Shown: positions 26,512 through 37,300 of the stretch, piece by piece
Position numbering within the stretch: position 1 is the first letter of the stretch
Layout of the letters: each line of letters starts with the position of its first letter
Source: a virus
Taxonomy: Duplodnaviria > Caudoviricetes
DNA: 56,382 nucleotides
IMG/VR virus record: IMGVR_UViG_3300037762_000131
Location: 1-56,382 of that record
Reading direction: 5' to 3' (one strand)
The notes under the pieces: model-generated
Database searches by the model: none
What the model saw: the letters and a program-made list of their open reading frames with translations, nothing else
Told to the model about the DNA's origin: nothing
Made by a program: the position numbers and the translations under genes

Positions 26512-27785
26512 ACGAAGACCGTCACAAGCAGCTGATGGAGAAAAGCCTCCAGTGCATCCACCTCGCGCGGACCATCCGGGACCGCCATAAGGATCCAGCG
26601 GCGATCCCCACCGAGGACGCGACGAAGATGAAGTCGCTGATGGGCGAGGCGACGCGGTTGCGTGACCTCGCCGCGATGGAGAAGCAGCAGTCCGAGCTCG
26701 AATCGTGGGCGATGCAGCCGGATCAAGTGCCGGCCGCGTTGTCGGCTGAGGCTTCCATGGTGTCGAAGGTCGACGGCGACGGCGTGCAGTTCGCGGAGAG
26801 CCGCAAGCGCCGGGAGATCGAGCTGTTCGCCAAGGCGTTGCGGACCCCACGTGGGTCGCTTGACCAGTGGGCCAGTTCGCTGGACACGGTCGAGAAGGCC
26901 GCCATCGTTGAGAACGCCACCGGTGAAGTGCTGGTCCCGCACGACATCGCCGGACCGATCTTCAAGACGCTGCCGCACCTCGGGATTTTCCGGTCGTCCG
27001 GTCCGACGATCCGTCCGACCACGTCGAACAAGGTGGATCTGCGGTCGTTGACCGGCGCGACCGCCGGGTGGGGGCAGCTCGAGCTGACCGCCACGACCGT
27101 CGACGCGAACGTGGTGCCGAACACTCCGGTCGACGTGATCCAGGTGCACGACCTGACCGCGATGTCGCAGATCGGCGTCGACGAGCTGATGGACACCGAC
27201 GCGAACCTCGTCGCGTTGATCCAGGACATCGTCGGGCAGCAGGCCGCGATGATGGAAGACGACGCGTTCGCCGCCGGCAACGGCGTGTCCAAGCCGTGGG
27301 GTCTCGCCGCGCGCGCAACCAGCGCGGCGAACCAGATCACCCAGGCCGTCACCGCCTCGGCGAACGCGGTGCCGACGGGTGACAACCTCAAGGCATTGCA
27401 GTATCGGGTGCCGTCGCGGTTCCGCCCCAACGGCGCCTATTTCGCGAGCAATGATGCGTCCGAGGGGATCGCGCTGCTCAAGGACGCGAACAGCAACTAC
27501 CTGTGGCAGCCGTCGGTCCGCGCAGGCGAACCCGACCAGCTGTTCGGCAAACGCTTCTACACCCTCGAGGGGCTCCCCAGCATGGGCGCGTCGGCTGCTG
27601 CGGTCGACCCGTCGGTGATCTTCGGCGACCCCTCCTTGGGATACATGGTCGCGGACCGGCAGCGGATCACCGTCCAACGGCTCGACGAGCGGTACGCCGA
27701 ACTCGGCCTGGTGGCATTCCTGTTCCGGTTGCGTGTCGGCGGCGACGTGATGCGCCCCGCAGCGTTCGCGAAGTACCTGCTGTAA
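26508..27785 (+). CDS. Major capsid protein (HK97 fold)
   Basis: GEVLVP, ELMD, EDDAFAAGNG..KPWG, LKDANSNYLWQ, FGD, RVGG. Confidence 0.95.
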   Translation: MNEDRHKQLMEKSLQCIHLARTIRDRHKDPAAIPTEDATKMKSLMGEATRLRDLAAMEKQQSELESWAMQPDQVPAALSAEASMVSKVDGDGVQFAESRKRREIELFAKALRTPRGSLDQWASSLDTVEKAAIVENATGEVLVPHDIAGPIFKTLPHLGIFRSSGPTIRPTTSNKVDLRSLTGATAGWGQLELTATTVDANVVPNTPVDVIQVHDLTAMSQIGVDELMDTDANLVALIQDIVGQQAAMMEDDAFAAGNGVSKPWGLAARATSAANQITQAVTASANAVPTGDNLKALQYRVPSRFRPNGAYFASNDASEGIALLKDANSNYLWQPSVRAGEPDQLFGKRFYTLEGLPSMGASAAAVDPSVIFGDPSLGYMVADRQRITVQRLDERYAELGLVAFLFRLRVGGDVMRPAAFAKYLL

Positions 27786-27788
27786 CCG

Positions 27789-27838
27789 TTCGGCTGCGGG
27801 TGCGGGCGTTTCCCCCTTAGCCCGCGCTCGCGGTCGGA
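27789..27838 (+). terminator. Stem-loop after the capsid gene
   Basis: 19-bp stem with G-U pairs (27789-27807 / 27820-27838); no U-tract. Confidence 0.5.
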
Positions 27839-27864
27839 CTCCGTAGGGGAAACCGGAGGACAGC

Positions 27865-28215
27865 ATGCGAATCACGACGAACGATCAGGTCAACGCCCGC
27901 ACCGCCGACGGCCGTGTCTACTCGGCCGGCGCGGGTGCGGTCACCGACGTCGACGACGACGACAAGGGCATGGTCGCGATGTTCCGCGACCTCGCCGCCA
28001 CGGGCCTCGTTGACATCGCAGGCGACGACGAAGACGTCGACGAGGAAGAGTCTGAGCCCGCTGAGACAGCCGAAACTACAGACACCGCGGAGTCGGTGGA
28101 GGCCGGGGACGGCTACGAAGACAAGACTGTCCCCGAACTCCGCGACTTGGCACGTGACCGCGGCCTGCCGGTCTACGGCCCCAAGGACGAGCTGATCGCC
28201 CGACTCCGAGACTGA
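27865..28215 (+). CDS. Small head-associated protein with C-terminal SAP/HeH motif
   Basis: TVPELRDLARDRGLPVYGPKDELIARL. Confidence 0.75.
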   Translation: MRITTNDQVNARTADGRVYSAGAGAVTDVDDDDKGMVAMFRDLAATGLVDIAGDDEDVDEEESEPAETAETTDTAESVEAGDGYEDKTVPELRDLARDRGLPVYGPKDELIARLRD

Positions 28216-28219
28216 CCAG

Positions 28220-30115
28220 ATGCGGATCCTCTGGCATTCCGTGCACCCAGCGGTCGGGTCCGGATACGGGCAGCAGACCGCCACGTTCACCCCCCGCATC
28301 AAATCGCTGGGGCATGATCTCGCGATCTCCGCGTACTACGGGATCCAGGGGTTCAAGATGTCCTGGCAGGGGATCACCTGCTACCCCGCCTACGCCAAGT
28401 CGTACGGCAGCGACGTGATCGTCCCCCACGCGATCGACCATTTCGGCGGCGGCCCGGGCCATTCGTTCCGCGACGTCGCCGACAAAGGCGTGATCATCAC
28501 GCTCGGTGACGTGTGGACGTTCGAGCAGCCGCTGCTCCGCGAGATGAACGTCGCGTCGTGGGTGCCCGTCGACCATGAGGAACTCCCGCCGTCGGTGGCG
28601 GGTTGGTTCGAACGGACTGGTGCAGCGCCGATCGCGATGTCCCGCTTCGGCGAGAAGCTGTTGCAAGACGCGGGGATGGACCCGCTGTACGTCCCCCACG
28701 GGATCGACACGAACATCTTTCGGCCGGGCGACCAGGCCGAAGCCCGCGCCCGCGCTGGCCTCCCCGAAGACGCGTTCGTGATCGCGATGGTGTCCGCGAA
28801 CGTCGGCAAGGACGGCGCCCGCAAGGCGTTCTACGAGCAGATCACCGCGTTCGGCGAGCTCCGCAAGAAACACTCCGACGCCGTCCTCGTGCTCCACACC
28901 GACGTCACTTCGCCGCACGGGGTCGACATCCGCCATCTGCTCTCCGACTTCCCCGACGGCTCCTATCACTTCACCGACCAGTACGCGTACAAGGTGGGGT
29001 TGCCGCCGTTGACGGTCGCGGACGTCTACCAATCCGCCGATGTGCTGACGAACACGTCGTGGGGTGAGGGGTTCGGCATTCCGATCGTGGAGGCGCAGGC
29101 GTGCGGGACGCCGGTGGTGGTGACGGACACGACGGCGATGCCCGAGCTGTGCGGCGCTGGCTGGAAGGTGCCGGGTGAGGTGTTGTGGCACGAGTCGCAG
29201 CACGCGTGGGCCAGGCGGCCGTTCATCGCGTCGATCGCCGAAGCCTACGAACAAGCCTACGAATCGGCGCGGGATGAGGGGATGCGCGCGAGGGCGTGGG
29301 CGTTCGCGCAGGACTATGACGCCGATCTCGTTCTCAACGAGTTCTGGAAGCCCGCGCTCGAACGGCTGGAAGCTGCGTTGGAGCTCCGCCGGAGCGAGGC
29401 ACCCGAGTCGTTCAAGCCGACGGTGCGTGAGTCCGACGGGCTGCTGTGGCTCGACCGCGGTCCCGCCTATGGCGATGCGGTTGGTTGGGCTGACCACGAA
29501 CCGGAGCTGAAACCGATCGTCGAAGGGTTGTTGCCTAAGGGCGGTGTGCTGCTCGACGTCGGCGCGCACGTCGGTCACTGGACCCTCCGTCTCGCATCAA
29601 AGGCGTCCAAGGTCATCGCGGTCGAGGCCAACCCTGAGACGGCGTCCACCTTGCGGCGGAACCTCGCGATCAACGACATCACCAATGTCAGGGTGTGGGA
29701 AATCGCGGCCTGGGACAGCAACACATCCATGCGGCTGGAAGACCCCAACAAACAGACCGAAGGCGGATCCACCCGCACCATGCCCGACGATGATGGCGTT
29801 GCTGTCGGCCTCCGCCTCGACGAAGCCATCGTCGACGACCTACGAGACCGTCTCGACCTGGTGAAGCTCGACGTCGAAGGCGCGGATCTTCACGCTCTCC
29901 GCGGGATGTCCGGGCTGCTCGAGAAGCACCGGCCGGTGCTGTTCATCGAGTGCCACGATTACTGCGGCTACTACAAGCGCGAAGACCTCGAAGAACTCCT
30001 CACCGACCTCGGCTACGGCTTCGAGGTCGCCTACACGTATCCGTCGCATTGGCGGCCCGACGGGATCGCCGACGAACCCGCCGACGCCGACTACCTCATC
30101 TGCCGACCCAAATGA
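28220..30115 (+). CDS. GT4 glycosyltransferase fused to FkbM-family methyltransferase
   Basis: SGYG, VPHGIDT..F, RK, EGFGIPIVEAQACGTPVV (GT-B); LDVGAHVG, VEAN, VKLDVEGAD..LRG, PVLFIE (FkbM). Confidence 0.92.
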   Translation: MRILWHSVHPAVGSGYGQQTATFTPRIKSLGHDLAISAYYGIQGFKMSWQGITCYPAYAKSYGSDVIVPHAIDHFGGGPGHSFRDVADKGVIITLGDVWTFEQPLLREMNVASWVPVDHEELPPSVAGWFERTGAAPIAMSRFGEKLLQDAGMDPLYVPHGIDTNIFRPGDQAEARARAGLPEDAFVIAMVSANVGKDGARKAFYEQITAFGELRKKHSDAVLVLHTDVTSPHGVDIRHLLSDFPDGSYHFTDQYAYKVGLPPLTVADVYQSADVLTNTSWGEGFGIPIVEAQACGTPVVVTDTTAMPELCGAGWKVPGEVLWHESQHAWARRPFIASIAEAYEQAYESARDEGMRARAWAFAQDYDADLVLNEFWKPALERLEAALELRRSEAPESFKPTVRESDGLLWLDRGPAYGDAVGWADHEPELKPIVEGLLPKGGVLLDVGAHVGHWTLRLASKASKVIAVEANPETASTLRRNLAINDITNVRVWEIAAWDSNTSMRLEDPNKQTEGGSTRTMPDDDGVAVGLRLDEAIVDDLRDRLDLVKLDVEGADLHALRGMSGLLEKHRPVLFIECHDYCGYYKREDLEELLTDLGYGFEVAYTYPSHWRPDGIADEPADADYLICRPK

Positions 30116-30723
30116 CCGTGCGGGTGGACTTGGCCGAGGTCGCGGCGGTCGCGTGCTCCCGCTACGCCGCGTCCCAAGCGCCGGATGAACTCGGCGAAGC
30201 TCTTGAGGTCGTCGCCGCGTTGGACCCGCGGGTGATTGTGGAGATCGGCTGCGACGCCGGCGGCACCCTCTACGCGTGGCGCCAAATCTGCGACGCTGTC
30301 TACGGCATCACCCTGAGCGACAATTCGCATGACACCGGCGGGTCGAACATGGCGCTCGCCGACCACGGCGCGACCGTCCGGTTCGGCGACTCACACGACC
30401 TCGCCAGCCTCGAGTGGCTCACCCGACAGCTCGAGGGCCGCTCGGTCGACGCGCTGATCCTGGACGGCGACCACACGGTCGACGGGGTCACCAGAGACCT
30501 CGCGATGTACGCGCCTTTCGTCCGGCCCGGCGGGCTGATCCTGCTGCACGACATCGCCGTCACCACCGACCACCGCGCCGAAGTCTTCAAGGTCTGGCCG
30601 GAGCTCGCCGGCCGCTGGGAGACCTCCGAGATCCGCTCACCCATCCACGCCTACGGTTGGGGTGTTATCCACGTTGGCGGCCGGTCGCCGTGGCATCCTG
30701 ACGGCGACCCATCCGGGAGGTGA
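30112..30723 (+). CDS. Class I SAM-dependent (O-)methyltransferase
   Basis: VEIGCDAGGT, GDSH, LILDGDH, VRPGGLILLHD. Confidence 0.88.
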   Translation: MTVRVDLAEVAAVACSRYAASQAPDELGEALEVVAALDPRVIVEIGCDAGGTLYAWRQICDAVYGITLSDNSHDTGGSNMALADHGATVRFGDSHDLASLEWLTRQLEGRSVDALILDGDHTVDGVTRDLAMYAPFVRPGGLILLHDIAVTTDHRAEVFKVWPELAGRWETSEIRSPIHAYGWGVIHVGGRSPWHPDGDPSGR

Positions 30724-30729
30724 CATTCA

Positions 30730-31284
30730 GTGCGGTACGCGGAGCCCAACGACTTCGGCCTTGTGCTCGACGTCGACGTCTCATCGGGCCCGACGCTGAT
30801 CCGCGCTGAACTCGTGCTCGACATGGCATCCGCGGCCGTCCGCGCCGCCGCGAAATCGCTTGACGCGACGATCGACGGGGCATCCGAGACGGTCACGCTC
30901 GACGCCAACGGGACAACCAAGCTGGTGTTGCCGTCATGGCCGGTGACGGCCGTCGCGAGCGTCGCCGTCGAGGGCGCGACGCTGCCAGCGACGGAGTATG
31001 AGTGGTCCCGCGTCGGGCTGCTCAGCCGGATATCCGGGGTGTGGCCAACCAAGCTGGCGTCGGTGGCGGTGACCTACACACACGGCTACGCGTCGTTGCC
31101 GGCCAATGTGGCTGACGCGTTGAAGTCGGTGACGTTGGCGGTGGCGGCGCGGGCGTGGTCGAACCCTGCGGGGCTGGTGCGGATGCAGATCGGTTCGTAC
31201 TCCGAGCAGCACGCCACAACCGGCGGCGAAGGCGGCGCGTTGACGGAGCAGGAACGCGCCACGATCGTAGGGGTGCTTGCATGA
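30730..31284 (+). CDS. Head-to-tail adaptor
   Basis: VTYTHGY, ARAWSNPAG..IGSYS; gene position. Confidence 0.8.
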   Translation: MRYAEPNDFGLVLDVDVSSGPTLIRAELVLDMASAAVRAAAKSLDATIDGASETVTLDANGTTKLVLPSWPVTAVASVAVEGATLPATEYEWSRVGLLSRISGVWPTKLASVAVTYTHGYASLPANVADALKSVTLAVAARAWSNPAGLVRMQIGSYSEQHATTGGEGGALTEQERATIVGVLA

Positions 31285-31613
31285 GCACGCCGACGAACTC
31301 CACCGTCGTGTATCGCACCCATGGGGACGGGGCGGTGGATGATTGGGGGAACCCCGCGCCCGCTTGGGCGGATGGGTCGTCGCGGCGGGTGTGGTTGGAG
31401 CAGACGTCCGCGGTGGAGGTCACCGAGGGGCGTGATGTGGCGGTGTCGGACTGGCTGCTCGTCGACCCCGACCCGGCTGCCGTGTTGGGGTATCGGGATC
31501 AGGTGCGTGACGAGTTGGGCAGGTTGTTCGAAGTCGTCGGCGCCCCCGACATACTTCGCCGTCCGGGCGGGCAGGCGCACCACGCCGAGGCACGGCTCAG
31601 GCTGGTGATCTGA
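31281..31613 (+). CDS. Head-to-tail stopper
   Basis: DDWGN..FEVVGAP..HHAEARL; gene position. Confidence 0.75.
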   Translation: MSTPTNSTVVYRTHGDGAVDDWGNPAPAWADGSSRRVWLEQTSAVEVTEGRDVAVSDWLLVDPDPAAVLGYRDQVRDELGRLFEVVGAPDILRRPGGQAHHAEARLRLVI

Positions 31614-31931
31614 GTGGCGGTGAAGGTGAAGCTCAGCGCCGATCTGAACAAGCGGGTCGCTCGCCACGACGACGTCACCCAGGCGCGCGTCAAGGTCGCC
31701 AACCGGATCTCTGCCCGGGCGGCCGCCAGGACCGAGGCCGGCGAGACGCGGGAGTCGCATCGGGTGGACGTTGACCGCTCCCAGGACCCACCGCGGGTGG
31801 CGTGTGTTGCGGGGGAGGGCGACGCCTGGCCGTATATCTTCCAAGAGCTCGGCGGTTCGGGTTGGCGGCCGCCGCCTGCTCCGCTCCGCACGGCGGCGAA
31901 GGCCGAAGGCAACTACCAGGACAGGAGATAG
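31614..31931 (+). CDS. Neck/tail completion protein (HK97 gp10-like position)
   Basis: QELG..APLRTA; gene position. Confidence 0.6.
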   Translation: MAVKVKLSADLNKRVARHDDVTQARVKVANRISARAAARTEAGETRESHRVDVDRSQDPPRVACVAGEGDAWPYIFQELGGSGWRPPPAPLRTAAKAEGNYQDRR

Positions 31932-31935
31932 CCCG

Positions 31936-32112
31936 ATGGGTGACAACGTGAAGGTGGAGTTGACCGCCGACCACGCTGAGGAGGGCATGGCAGGCGACGT
32001 CGTGGAGGTGCACCCGGACCGCGCGCAGACGCTGATCAAGGGCGGCGTCGCCCGTCCCGCGCCTGAACCGGAATCCGCGAAGGCCGGCGCCAAGGGTAAG
32101 GGTGGTGGCTGA
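31936..32112 (+). CDS. Small structural protein
   Basis: GDVVEV..AQTLIKGGVA; AGGAG RBS. Confidence 0.55.
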   Translation: MGDNVKVELTADHAEEGMAGDVVEVHPDRAQTLIKGGVARPAPEPESAKAGAKGKGGG

Positions 32113-32453
32113 TGGCGTTCCGTGAGGCGCAGTCCGCGACATTGGCGGGCACTCAGATCACGTATTTCGCGGCGACCTCTGGTCCCGGCGACACGTTCCA
32201 GGCTGACCCGAGGCATGTTCTGCTGGTCCGCAACGCGCATACCGCGCCGATTGTCGTGACGCTCGTCACGCCTGGGACGATCCTGGGTGAGGCGATCCCG
32301 AACCTGGCCCGGACGGTCACCAACGCCACCGATAAGATCATCGGACCGTTCGCCGAGCCCGGCTATTTCAACGACCCGACGACCGGCCTGACGACGATCA
32401 CGTGGGATATCGTGACCAACATCACGTTCGCGGTGCTCAGGGTGGCGGCGTAG
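32112..32453 (+). CDS. Beta-rich virion protein
   Basis: Coupled ORF within the structural operon. Confidence 0.65.
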   Translation: MAFREAQSATLAGTQITYFAATSGPGDTFQADPRHVLLVRNAHTAPIVVTLVTPGTILGEAIPNLARTVTNATDKIIGPFAEPGYFNDPTTGLTTITWDIVTNITFAVLRVAA

Positions 32454-32462
32454 GGGTTCCAA

Positions 32463-32888
32463 ATGTTGCCGGATGTGTTGCCGGTCGCCCGCGCCTTCCT
32501 CTTGGCTGACGGCGCGGTGGCGGCGCTGGTCGGCTCCCGGATCTACGGGCGGACGTTGCCGGCGAACCCTGACCGCGACGTCCCCCTGGTCGTGCTCACC
32601 CCGATCGCCGAGTCGTCCGTGACGAACACCGCTTCCGACCACACGTTGGACTGCGGCCTGCAGGTGGACGTGTGGGGCCGGTACCCGCAGGACGCGGCGC
32701 ACGCGCGGAAGGTCGCCGCGACCATCCACAACGCGCTCCGCACCGGACTGCCCGGCTACGTCCACACCAACGGGCACGTGTCTGCGGTACTGCCCGACAT
32801 CGGAATCCAGCCGCTACCCGACGACGAGCTTGCGCGTGCCAGGGCGATGTTCCAAGTGAGGGTCATCGCCTACCCCGCCGCCGCATAG
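32463..32888 (+). CDS. Tail terminator
   Basis: LLADGAVAALVGSRIY..LP..LQVDVW; precedes the major tail gene. Confidence 0.8.
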   Translation: MLPDVLPVARAFLLADGAVAALVGSRIYGRTLPANPDRDVPLVVLTPIAESSVTNTASDHTLDCGLQVDVWGRYPQDAAHARKVAATIHNALRTGLPGYVHTNGHVSAVLPDIGIQPLPDDELARARAMFQVRVIAYPAAA

Positions 32889-33104
32889 GACGCCGCTCGG
32901 TGAGCCCTGCGCGCTCGACCGGTGGGGCATAACCCGTCGACTTTCGTCGCACTGCTACCGGCCAGGTCGTACCAACCCTTGACTCACCGAGCGGTTGGCA
33001 ACCGTACCGCTGGCTGACGGGAAATCTAGCCGCTCTGTGTGAAACTGCGTGCTGGCATGTCAGCAGCATGTCAGCAGGTCGCCTAACACGGAAGGGGCGG
33101 CAGG

Positions 33105-33665
33105 ATGCCGCAAAACGCAGACAACGTCATGATCGCCGGCGACGGCAACCTGTTCGTCGCCCCCACCGGCACCCCGCTGCCGACCAACATCTCCACCGCG
33201 CTGAACGCCGCGTTCATCAACACCGGGTTCATCTCCGAGGACGGCGCCACGTTCCGCGACGAGAAAACCAAGGAACCCGTCAACGTCTGGCAGAGCTTCT
33301 ACGCGGTCAAGTATCGCGTGACCGAGAGCAACGCCGAAATCGAACTCGTGTTGAAGCAGTGGGACAAGAACACCGTCCCCCTCGCGTTCGGCGGCGGCGC
33401 CGTCACCACCAACGCCGGCCCCCCCGTGTTCTACACGTACACGCCGCCAAGCCCGGATGTGATCGACGAACGCGCCGCAGTGTTGGAGTGGCGTTACGCG
33501 ACGAAGACGTTCCGCCTCGCGATCCCCCGCGTGATGGCCACGTCAGGCGCGGAGTCGCAGCTCGCTCGCGCCTCGGAATCCGACCTGCCGCTGACGCTGG
33601 GCATCTTGGGGACGTCCGGGGTGTCGCCGTATCTGCTGTACAGCGACCACGCAGCGTTCGCCTGA
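33105..33665 (+). CDS. Major tail protein
   Basis: GNLFVAPTGTPLP..GFISEDG..WQ actinophage MTP pattern. Confidence 0.88.
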   Translation: MPQNADNVMIAGDGNLFVAPTGTPLPTNISTALNAAFINTGFISEDGATFRDEKTKEPVNVWQSFYAVKYRVTESNAEIELVLKQWDKNTVPLAFGGGAVTTNAGPPVFYTYTPPSPDVIDERAAVLEWRYATKTFRLAIPRVMATSGAESQLARASESDLPLTLGILGTSGVSPYLLYSDHAAFA

Positions 33666-34024
33666 TGGCTATCGATCTCAACGCCGCCCGCGCGTTGCGG
33701 GACGAGGCGTCCAATCAGCCGCACACCGTCGTGTTCGGCGACCCACCGAAGGAATTCCAGATCCCTCGGACGAAGCGGTGGGACCCCGAACACCTGGAGC
33801 TGGCGATCGACGGTCGGGTCGCGTCCGCGTTCCGCCGGGTCATGGGCGACGAGCAGTACGAGCAATTCCGCGCGCTTGGCCCCGACCTCGAGGACTACGA
33901 GACGCTGTTCGAGCAGCTCACGGCCGCAGAGGGCATTGATGTGGGAAACTCCGAGCGCTCCTCGCGGTCGTCGAGGAGCACACCGCAGCAGTCGAGGCGG
34001 ACCTCGCCCGCTACTACCGGGTAG
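33665..34024 (+). CDS. Tail assembly chaperone (G-like)
   Basis: Between MTP and TMP; contains a slippery site. Confidence 0.8.
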   Translation: MAIDLNAARALRDEASNQPHTVVFGDPPKEFQIPRTKRWDPEHLELAIDGRVASAFRRVMGDEQYEQFRALGPDLEDYETLFEQLTAAEGIDVGNSERSSRSSRSTPQQSRRTSPATTG

Positions 34025-34371
34025 AGCTCGCCGACCTGTACCGCGGCCGGTTGACGCACCGGCGGCTGCTTGTGCTGCTCAGCCATTTGCCGCCCGACTC
34101 TGCGGTGGGGCGGGCGCTCGGCGGCGACGCGGTGGGGTGGACGATCGAGCACGAGCTGCTCGCGACGCTGGTGGATGTCGCGAATGTGCATCGGTGGCAG
34201 CACGCCCGGGCGCATTTCAAGGGCGTCCCGGGCAAGCCGCCGGAGCGTGTCCCCAGGCCGCACCGGCCGGTTCATGCGCCGCGACGGCGGCATATGACGG
34301 TCGAGGAGATGTCCGCGATGTTCGGCCGCGAGTTGAAACCCGACTGGGAGGACGACGCTGATGGCGATTGA
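33665..34371 (+). CDS. Tail assembly chaperone, frameshifted long form (GT-like)
   Basis: Joined via the -1 slip at 33943-33949. Confidence 0.8.
33943..33949 (+). other. Programmed -1 frameshift site G GGA AAC
   Basis: X XXY YYZ in the correct phase. The -1 frame is open (GKLRALLAVVEEH..EADLARYY..HLPPDS) to the stop at 34371. Confidence 0.85.
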
Positions 34372-37300
34372 CGCCGGCGCCGTCGTTCTCCCGGTCGAGC
34401 CGGGTGCGTCTGATTTCGCGCGGAATCTGGCGCGGCAGATCGGCGGGCAGACCCGCGCCTTCACATCTCTGGGCCGGGAGTTGGGCGGCAAGGTCGCCGC
34501 CGGGATGTTCTCAAACGCCGACGCCGGCGGGTTCACCCGCAAGCTGCAGCAGGGCGTCGCGCGTGACACCGGCGGGTTCACGAAGACCGGGAAAGACATC
34601 GGTGAGAAGATCGGCGACGGCATCTCCGACGCCTTGGATGGCGTCTCCGCGCGGGTAGGGACGCGGATCGGGCCGGGGTTCGCGTCGATTGGGGGGAAGC
34701 TCGGCGGGAAAGTCATCGGAGGGTTCGCCGCCTTGGGCGTCGGCGCGGTCATCGCCGGCGAGATCGGCAAAGGCCTCGACACCGAAGAGGCGAACGACAA
34801 GCTCGCCGCGCAACTCGGGTTGACCGGCAAGGTCGCCGAGAAGGCCGGGCGGGCAGCTGGGAACCTCTACGCGGGTGCCTACGGCGACTCGATCGGGCAG
34901 GTCAACGACGCGCTCAAGGGCATCCAGGACAACATCGGCAACCTCGGGAAATTCACCCGGGGGCAGCTTGAAAGCATGGGCGCGAAGGCGTTGGACCTTG
35001 CGACGATCCTCGATGAGGACGTCGGTCGTACGACCCGCGCCGCCGGGCAGTTGATGCGCAACAACCTGGCGCCGAACGCGACAGCGGCGTTCGATCTGAT
35101 CACCCGCGCGCAGCAGCGGGGCGGTAATGCCGCCGGTGATCTGCTCGACACGATCGAGGAGTACGCGCCGTCGTTCAAGGAACTGGGCTTGACCGGTCCG
35201 CAGGCGCTCGGGGCGATCTCCGCGAGCCTGCGGGCGGGTGCCCGCAATGGCGACCTCGCCGCGGACGCGATCAAAGAGTTCTCGATCCGCGCGATCGACG
35301 GGTCGGAGTCCACGAAGGACGGGTTCAAGGCGCTTGAGTTGAACGCCAAGGACATGGCCGGCGCGATCGCCAGCGGAGGTCCGTCGGCGCGGAAGGCGTT
35401 CTCCACGGTCCTCACTGAGCTGGGGAAGATCAAGGACCCGGTGAAGCAGGAGGCTGCCGGCGTCGCGCTGTTCGGCACCCAGTTCGAGGACTTGGGGATC
35501 AAGGCGATTCTCGCGCTGAACCCGACCAAGAACGCGTTGGACGATGTTGGTGGCGCGTCGAAGCGGATGGGAAAGACGCTCGCGGACAACGCCAAAACGA
35601 ACATCGAGTCGTTCAAGCGGACGCTGTCGGGCGTGGCCACCGACGTGATCGGCAACCACGTCATCCCCGCGCTCAAGGATGCGGCGGCCGGGGCGCAGCG
35701 GCTGGGTGACCGGTTCGGCCCGTACATCAAAACCGCGATCGATGTCGGCCGGAAGGCGTTCGCGGCGATCGCGCCGATCATCCGGGACGTGGCTGACACC
35801 GTCAGCCGGTTCGTCGAGCGGGTGCAGGAGTGGTTCGGGTCCGGCGGCGGGGTGCAGCAGGCGCTGGGCAGCAACCGGCGGTTCTTCTCCGAGACGTTCA
35901 ACCAGATCCGCGGCATCGTGAAGTCCGCGCTCGACCTGATCCGCGTGATCATCAAGAACTTCACGGAGTCCGCGCGGGAGTTCTGGGACCGTTGGGGCGC
36001 GACCATCCTCAAGATCGCGGGCCATGTGTGGCAGGCGATCAAGGAGGTCATCCGCGGGGTCCTCAACGTCATCCAGGGGATCATCAAGACCGTCACCGCC
36101 GCGATCCGCGGCGACTGGCGCGGCGTGTGGGAAGGGATCAAGAAGATCCTCGACGGCGTGTGGGACGCGATGTTCGGGATCGTCCGCGGCGCCGTGAAAT
36201 CGATCGGGGATGTGCTGTCGAACTGGTGGCAGAACCAGCGGGAGAAGTGGCGGAACTTCTGGGATGGCGTCCGCACGACGGCCCGCAACGCGTGGGAGAG
36301 CCTCAAGGATGGCGCCCGCGGGGTGGTCGCCGCGCTCGGCAACGCGTTCAACAGCCTCAAGTCGAAGGTGGCGGCGCCGATCAACTGGATCATCTCGCGG
36401 GTGATCAACGGCGGGATCATCAAGGCGTGGAACAGCCTGATGCGCGCCCTGGGGTTCGGCAGTCTCACGGTCGGCGGCGTCAACCTCGTCAACAGCGGTT
36501 CCTCCACCGGCCGCACGAGCCCCGGAACGTTCGCCAAAGGCGGCCCCGTGCCGGCGTGGGCGGGCGACCATCAAGTGCCGATCCTCGCCGAGGCCGGCGA
36601 GTTCGTCATCCGCAAAGACATCGTCGACAAGATCGGCATGCGGACATTCGAGGCGTTGAACAAGTACGGGCTGGTCCCTCCGACGGGCGGTGACCCGCCG
36701 GGGGTCCGCCGGTACGCGGCGGGCGGGCTGGTCGCCGCGAAGCGGTTCGCGCAGGCGCAGTCGGGCAAGCCGTACATCTGGGGCGGCGTCGGCCCCGGCG
36801 GCTATGACTGTTCCGGGTTCATGTCCGCGATCCTCAACGTCCTCGAAGGCAAGGCCCCGTATTCGCGGCGGTTCACCACATCCTCGATCTCGTCGGGCAA
36901 CGGGATCGTCGCCGGGCTCGTGCCCGACCGCGGCGCGTTCAACATCGGGTCGTACGTCGGGAACCCGGGGCACATGGCCGGCACCTTGGACGGCGTCGAC
37001 GTCGAAGCGGGGGGCACGTCGGGCAACGTCGGGTACGGCGGCGACGCGTCGGGCGCGCGGCACCCGCGGTTCAACCGCAAGTGGCACGCCTCGGCCGCGT
37101 TCAGCCTGATCGACACGATCAAGGATCTGCTCGGCAAGGTCGTCGACCGGATCCTCGGCGGTGTCAGCAACCTGATCCGCAGTCACCTTGACCCCCCATT
37201 CGAGACGCTCGGCGTCGGGTTGGTCAACCGCGCGCGGGCCAGCGTGTTCGACCCGAAGGCGGTCGAGAAGCGCGCGGCGGCGGACGGGTTCATGGGCACC

